A DNA stretch of 64,000 bases from Adineta vaga (Eukaryota; Animalia; Rotifera). Each line of letters opens with the position of its first letter. Position 1 is the stretch's first letter. A program made the translations under genes and the position numbers. Below the pieces are notes generated by a model. That model had not been told where the DNA came from. It saw only the letters and a list, made by a program, of their open reading frames with translations, and ran no database searches. The DNA lies in the NCBI GenBank assembly GCA_021613535.1, contig CP075497.1, positions 8,494,001 to 8,558,000 of the forward strand. Reading direction: 5' to 3'. Shown piece by piece: positions 57,233 through 64,000 of the stretch.

Positions 57233-57747
57233 ATGTATTCAGTTCGGCGAGATCCGAATCATTCGTACTATTGCTCACAATATTGGACAATGGATTGTCA
57301 ACAACAACATCAACAATTCATTTTTAATAGTCGACAAATGATCAAAACAAAACAACAATACTTTTGGTCAACTAAATTTTACAATAATAATAATAATAAT
57401 AAAGATAATTATATTCAACATTATTCAATCAGTAATAATAGTCTGAGATCAACAGAATTAACAAATAGTCAGGATATATCATTACCAGTTTATCGAGCGC
57501 CATGTACGTTTCAAAATTCTTTATTATCGACTAATAAAGGTAAAATTATTGTCATACAAAACGAACGAATTCAAATGTTTATTTAGATGGTTACTCATGT
57601 GGGATATTTCGACGTTCTCCTTTGTCGTCGACATCATCTTCATGTGTACCTGATGTGTATTCTCCAGGTTCGACATCGAGCGGTAATTGTTCACCACCTC
57701 CACCGTCATCCAACTTACCACCACCACCATCCGAATGGCTCCAGTGA
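57233..57747 (+). CDS. Small (155 aa) two-exon PNRC/Edc1-like proline-rich protein
   Basis: Exon 1 57233-57539 (phase-1 donor G|GTAAAA), 47-nt intron, exon 2 57587-57747 in a frame missing from the ORF track: DGYSCGIFRRSP...SPPPPSSNLPPPPSEWLQ*, resembling PNRC YAGAKF..PPSPSVLPKPPSHW. Confidence 0.65.
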
Positions 57748-57981
57748 AAAACGAAATCTTTCTTTTCTAAGTCATTTATCAAACAAATCTGTCTGATATA
57801 TCGTTGTTTTTCTTTTTTTTTGTTTTTGTCGTTTACTTTTTGTCATATTTATTTCACCAAAGAATACTTTTGCAATGCAAAAAATGAACACAAAGATTTT
57901 GCTTTCGTTTCTTTTTTCTTTGACAAATGAAAAACAGTTTGTATCTTTTTGTCTCTTCTCTATCGAATCTCTCATTGTATG

Positions 57982-58007
57982 TTATTATTATTATTATTAT
58001 TATTATT
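57982..58007. repeat. (TTA)n microsatellite
   Basis: About 8-9 TTA units in the 3' region of the PNRC-like gene. Confidence 0.8.
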
Positions 58008-58474
58008 GGATTTTTTGGTGAGTTTCAAATGCTTTATTTTTTTGTGTTTCATTTCTCACCTTTTTGCCTTTTTCTTAGTTTTCTCATTCAGATTTCATTT
58101 TTGACATTTATCTCTACTGCCTATCTAAAGTGATGTAATGCATCTGTGTATGTTTAAGCTTGCTTAGATATGTTTATCTATTTTGAAAAACCGTTTTTTC
58201 TTCGTCTCCTTCTCCTTCTCAAAAGTCATGACGCATATTTTTATGTATATGAACTAGAAAAAGAGAATGATATTGATCATCAATATGTTTATTTAATGTT
58301 TTCTTCAGAAAAAAAACCCAAATCAAAACCAAAGATTACTTGATAATCAGATCAATAAATAAATACATTTATAAACGATTGTCATTCAGAAAAATATCTT
58401 CGGATCTGATTTTGTAGATACATATATCTTACCTTTTCTTCTAATCTATTTGATATAAAAAAAACAATGCAGAT

Positions 58475-59419
58475 ATGACTTCGATGCTACGAAAACTTCT
58501 ACCTCAACGAACTTTGTCAACAACACTCACATGGTTTCGTGCACTTTCACTAACACCAGTAACTCATGGTCGACCACCACCCGAAGTTTTTCAAGGTAGT
58601 AATTGGCAGCCAGCGGATGCATTCGAACTGATGATGATTCCAATACATCTGGTTTACCGGATGATTGGGATAAATATAATCGAATTGTTTATCCACCAGT
58701 AGCACCCGGAGAAACACCACGAAAAGGAGTAAATATTCGATCGATGTATTCCATATTCTTTCTACTATGATTATTTTTATTTTACGTAGTATGTTCATCA
58801 TTGTCGAACATACATTCGAGGAAATATTAAGAAATATTGGTTTCTTGCTCAAATGGTTAAGTTATGAAAAAGTAAATTAAATTAAAATTCATAGTTTGTA
58901 TTTCTAGGTACGTGGTATGAGTATTGAAGAAGCCATTCGACAGTTATCTTTTCAGAAATTACCAACAGCACTTATTATGCGAGATGTAAGATGCACGTTC
59001 TATGTCATTCTATTGTTTCTTCATTTTTTAATAGACATTAATCGAAGCACAAGATATGGCTGTAAAAGAACATAACATCGAATATAAATCAAATCTTTGG
59101 GTGTGTAAGTATTATCAAAATGAAAAAAAAAATAGCAAAGAAATTGATACAAAATGTACTATCGATTTTCATTTCTTTTTCTTTTGTAGCTCAATCGTAT
59201 ACAAAACGAGCTTTAATCATTAAAGGTTTACGTCGACGACCAAAATATAGTTTCACTGCTATTCATTATCGTTATTTTCATTATATGGTTCGTTTAGAAG
59301 AAGGACTAGCACCTGGTAAAGAAGGTCTATATGGACCTAAATGGCCAGAATTAAACGTTCGTCTCAACAAACGATTAGATCGACTAAATAACCGCAAACT
59401 TCTAGGCACTATTGCATAA
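58475..59419 (+). CDS. MRPL22: Mitochondrial ribosomal protein uL22m
   Basis: Presequence-like N-terminus; WDKYNRIVYPP..GETPRK, KYWFLAQMVRGMSIEEAIRQL, EAQDMAVKEHNIEYKSNLWV, YRYFHYMVRLEEG. Apparent frameshift at 58626-58627. Confidence 0.92.
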
Positions 59420-59534
59420 AGAATTGTTCGTGTTTTTCTTGTTTTTGTTAATATATGAACAATCATTAGAGAGACGTCAATGAAAAGCAAAGTTCTTTCT
59501 TCGTTCTTTTCTTAGATGAATTTTTGTTTTAAAA

Positions 59535-61842
59535 ATGATATTTCATCGTTTAACACTTCTATCTTCATATATGCGATGTTCTTCAAATTTTCTCATTCGT
59601 TCCCATCAATGTCAAATATTTAAAGTTACTCCTCGTCGTCCGTTCTCCTTAACTTTTCGTACTCATCGAGGTGATCGTCCACCATTATCAACAAAAAATG
59701 TCGAAAAACGACCAAAAGTAAAACTAACCTTCAATGAACTTGGAAAACTTTTTCGTTTAGTACAACATGAAAAAGGTCGAATTGGATATGCCATTATTCT
59801 TTTACTTATTTCCAGTGGTGTTACAATGTCTGTACCATATTTTCTCGGAAAAATCATTGATATGTTACAAACATATAAAAAGGATGAATTACGTACTCGT
59901 TTAAAACAGATGACATTAATCTTAGTCGGAGTTTTTGGTATAGGTGCATTGGCAAATTTTGGACGTGTTTATTTAATTTTAACGACATCACAACGAATAA
60001 TTAAACGTATACGTGAACAATTATTTAATGGTATCCTTCGAAAAGAAATGGCATTTTTTGATAAACAAAAAACAGGTGAATTAGTTAATCGATTATCATC
60101 TGATACGGAAGTTATGTCCAATGCTGTCACACAAAATATATCTGATGGTCTTCGCGCATTGACACAATCAATAGCAGGTGTAGGTTTGATGTTTTATATA
60201 AGTCCACAATTAGCATTAGTTGGTTTAACGACGGTGCCACCATTAGCTGTTGGTGCAATTCTTTTCGGAAGATATATTAAACGATTATCGAGTAAAGTAC
60301 AAGATGCACTTGCACAAGCAACAGATGTTGTTGAAGAACGTTTCTCAAATATTAGAACAGGTTAATGGGTTAGATTTGAAAGAGAAATTATTGATTTTAT
60401 TGCGGTTAATTTCTTTTTAGTAAAAGCATTTTCGAAAGAAGATCAAGAAATACAATTGTATAATCAACGGATCAACAATGTACTAAAACTTAAATATAAA
60501 GAATCATTAGCTTATGGATTATTTTTTGGTATGACTGGTTTATCAGGAAATTTGATTGTATTAAGTGTCTTTTATTTTGGTGGTGTATCAATGAGTGAAG
60601 AATCATTAACAATTGGAGATTTATCAAGCTTTTTATTATATGCATTTTGGGTACGTTTATCTTTCTTTCTTTCAAAATCATTTTGTATAATTTTTGGAGA
60701 TGATTTTTATAGGTTGGAGTATCTATATCTGGTATATTTTCATTTCATTTAGAATTAATGAAAGGTGTTGGAGCCAGGTTGATATAAAAAAAACTTTGAA
60801 AATCGAAATCTATAGTTTTTATCTTTCTTCTTCTTTAGTCAAGCAGTCTGGGCGATTTTGAATGAAGATCATAATGAAAAATTGGCTCTTATTGGTCAAA
60901 ATCAACGTACTATTCATGGAGATCCTTTAACATCAGCACTTATGCTTCGTGATATTACATTTGATTCCATATCATTTCGTTATCCAACTCGGTCGGATGT
61001 ACTTGTACTCGACAATCTAACACTTCGTGTACCTGGTGGTCAAGTGTTGGCCATCTGTGGTAGTTCAGGCTCAGGAAAATCAACCTTAGCTCAACTATTA
61101 CTTCGATTTTATGAACCTCAATCCGGAAAAATATCAATCGGTGAAATTCCTATCAATGAGATGCCATTACAATGGTTACGTTCAAATATTGGAACAGTAC
61201 CACAAGAACCAGTTCTATTTTCATCATCGATTTACGATAATATTTCTTATGGATATCCAGGCACATTAGAAAGTGCACAAGAAATTATTCTCAAACCAAA
61301 AATAATAGAAGCAGCAAATACAGCGAATGCAAGTGGATTTATTGAACAATTACCAGAAAAATATGATACAAAAGTTGGAGAACGAGGAACGATGCTTTCA
61401 GGTAAGTGTCAAAGAAGAGAGAACGGATATTCGATGAAAACTTTTCTATTAGGTGGACAAAAACAACGTGTTGCTCTAAGTCGTGCTATTCTACGAGATC
61501 CAAGTATTCTTGTATTGGTATGTAGCTCGGATTATGACAAAAATCTTATGTATAAACATAAATATAAATATGTTGTTTATATATTTAAAGGATGAAGCAA
61601 CATCGGCGTTAGATGCACAATCAGAATATTTAGTTCAAGAAGCCTTAGAAAAGATCATGGTCAATCGAACTGTTATCATCATTGCACATCGTTTATCGAC
61701 AATAATCAAAGCAGATCAAATTGCTGTTCTTGATAAAGGTCGCATTGCTGAACAGGGTACCTATGCTCAACTAATGAACATTGAAAATGGTATCTTTCGA
61801 AAATTGGTGGCTACACAAACGATGGTTGATGTAGAAGCATAA
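59535..61842 (+). CDS. ABCB10: Mitochondrial ABC half-transporter ABCB10/MDL1-like
   Basis: Presequence; [43 protein letters not shown], Walker [10 protein letters not shown], signature LSGGQKQR, Walker [13 protein letters not shown]-loop IAHRLST. Confidence 0.95.
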
Positions 61843-61949
61843 AACTAATTCAGATGTTATCCGTTCTTTGCTTTTTTTTCCTAAACATAAGATCTTTCTA
61901 TTGTTTTCAGTTTTTTTTCAGATTTCTTTTTTTTTAAGTTTCATTAAGC

Positions 61950-63902
61950 ATGTCTACTGCGCTCTCCGAAGTGAGTAGAGATAAACATTTATATTCTATT
62001 TTGATGAATATGAATAGATCTGTGGTGATAAACAAACTATCGAAGGATCATTGAATGGTATACATAGTCGATTAAAATCTTATACTAATGATTTAATAAC
62101 AATTCTTGACGATATTATGTAAGTCTTTTCATTTTGCTAGAAGATATTCATCACTCGATTGATAAATCTAGGTCAACCATTGAAGCATTTTACAAAACAG
62201 AAAAACATACACATGAGGTAATCTTATTTTTCTTATCGTCTGTATATATGAATGCATTGAAATCTGTCCTACATTTTGAAATCACTATTCTTATTTTAGA
62301 AAATGCAAGGAAGTTTGCAAAAATCTCTTGAACATGCACAAAGTCTTTCCTATCTTGGATCGAGGTATTCTGAGTGATAGAATCAAACTATTTGTTGCTA
62401 GATTTCTTCCTCTTTTTTTTCTACTTGAAATTATTAGTTTGAAATTTAGTTGATTGCTTTCTTTTGCACATCTCTTTTGGACAGATATTTATCGAGTTTA
62501 TTTACCATTTTTTAGTATTATTGGTTCCAGTTGGACAACAGCACTCAAAGAATTAACCGAACATTATTCTCAACGTGAAGCAGTTTATCCTGTTCTCAAA
62601 CAAGTTATCTGTGAGAATCTAAAAAGAATTAAAGCAGAAAAACTCGATGAACATGGCAAAGTAAAAGCTCTATTATTTTGTACATCTTTTATTTCATATT
62701 CACATCTAGGTTTTACTCTATGATGAAGAAATTATTAAAGAAATGGTTGATATCGAACGTCGAACATTGAAAAGTAAACGTGCATATGATGAAGCATGTG
62801 AACGTCTACGACAACACTTGAATCCAGTTAAAGAAAAAGAAAGTGGAATCAAACGATTTCATTCCAAATTATTACCTAAAGTACAGAAAAAAGAATCGAA
62901 TTTTTATCAATGAAACTATGAGAAAGAAACTTTTAGACAGAATTAGAACCATTAGAAAATGCAGTTATAGATACACGTAATATATATATATTATATGTTC
63001 ATGATATGAATTATGCATTGAAATTCTATGTCGAACAATTTATTGTTGATCTTGATAAAGTATTGATTAATTGAAAATTTTCTTTACTAATTTTCATTTT
63101 TGTTTAGTTACTTGTCTGTGATCTTTTTCCACAAATTGAAAAAACTCTACAAGATCTTGTTTATAGTGAATATGAACGTCTTCGTGATACACTTAAACGT
63201 GCTATTCATGCTGCTGTTGAAGTAAGATATTGAAATAGAAAGATATAACTATTCATTTTCACAATGTATATAGGATGGTGATGAACAAAAACGACGTATA
63301 TTACCTAAAACATTCCAAAATTATCCTTTGCTTCTTCTACCTGATCATGTAAAGAATAAAAATTATTTTGTTCATTGATCTTGAGCGATAGTTTTTACTT
63401 TGCTTCAGAGTGATCAGATTAATACAGATGACAAATATCTACCACAACTTACGGCAAGTTATGCGTCAGCTACTAATGATGTACGTGATGCTGATCAACA
63501 GATACAATTAGCTTTAGAAAATTCAGTTTTGAATGCTTCGCTAAATAAAGTAAGTGAATAGAGAATATTCCATATATATATATATATCTTCTGTTTCTAT
63601 TTAGGATTCCAGAATAGACTCAAGTAAAATACGACTGAAACGAATGGAGGTAACAACAATAATAATAGAAAGATCTGTATACTTGTTCTAGCTAGGAATA
63701 TTATTTTTTGATTTAGATGCGTAAATCAATGGCAATGTTCATTATTGAAACATTGGGTAATAATTGATCGATTATAAATTCTCTAAGAAATCGAATATAT
63801 TTAGAAACATTGGTACCAAATATAAAAACAACACCTGTAGCCACTCGCACTTCAACAAAATTGATCAATGGTTTAAAACCATTCATAACCAGTAACAGAA
63901 AA
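61950..63902 (+). CDS. F-BAR domain protein (FCHSD/srGAP-like), 3' end outside window
   Basis: At least 12 short exons splice in frame into a helical protein with F-BAR-like segments FYKTEKH, SSWTTALKE, KSKRAYDEAC, DTRNIYILYVHDMNYALKFY. Subfamily uncertain. Confidence 0.65.
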
Positions 63903-64000
63903 GTTAGTATTAGAAATAGAACTTGCACGTTTGAATCTATCTTGAAATTTAACTTCACTATTGCATTCTAACAAACGTTTAAAATAACTTTTATTTTATC

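Noticed and set aside
57587-57796. His-rich ORF MVTHVGY...HHHHP
   Set aside because: Alternative frame of the PNRC-like exon 2; splice phase and the LPPPPSEW motif support the other frame.

Overview
Eukaryotic, AT-rich (about 30% GC by eye), gene-dense animal DNA with many short (about 50-65 nt) GT-AG introns. This architecture, the divergent class A GPCRs and a myosin-chitin synthase fusion suggest a spiralian, most plausibly a bdelloid rotifer (inference). Splicing by hand gave 21 protein genes, in order: myosin motor-chitin synthase (5' partial), PIGC, ACAP, C7orf31/SPMIP4-like, GPCR, DNAJC4-like, RNF216, GPCR, ESD, DENND4/Crag, UBE2W, a PKA inhibitor (PKI), an MSL1-like PEHE protein, AUP1, an intronless orphan, a divergent stefin, XPO7, a PNRC-like protein, MRPL22, ABCB10 and an F-BAR protein (3' partial). 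I saw no rRNA, tRNA, CRISPR array or transposon. Main observations: (1) a 167-codon ORF inside a myosin-motor intron splices in frame into the chitin synthase, predicting a motor-less isoform; (2) three furin-type sites lie in predicted extracellular loops of that enzyme; (3) several genes are 107-162 nt apart on the same strand with splice acceptors ahead of the ATG, a candidate SL trans-spliced operon arrangement; (4) an unannotated two-exon PNRC/Edc1-like gene; (5) a PKI gene with a perfect CRE; (6) six or more single-base-deletion frameshifts, probably consensus errors. Family calls come from remembered motifs, not database searches.
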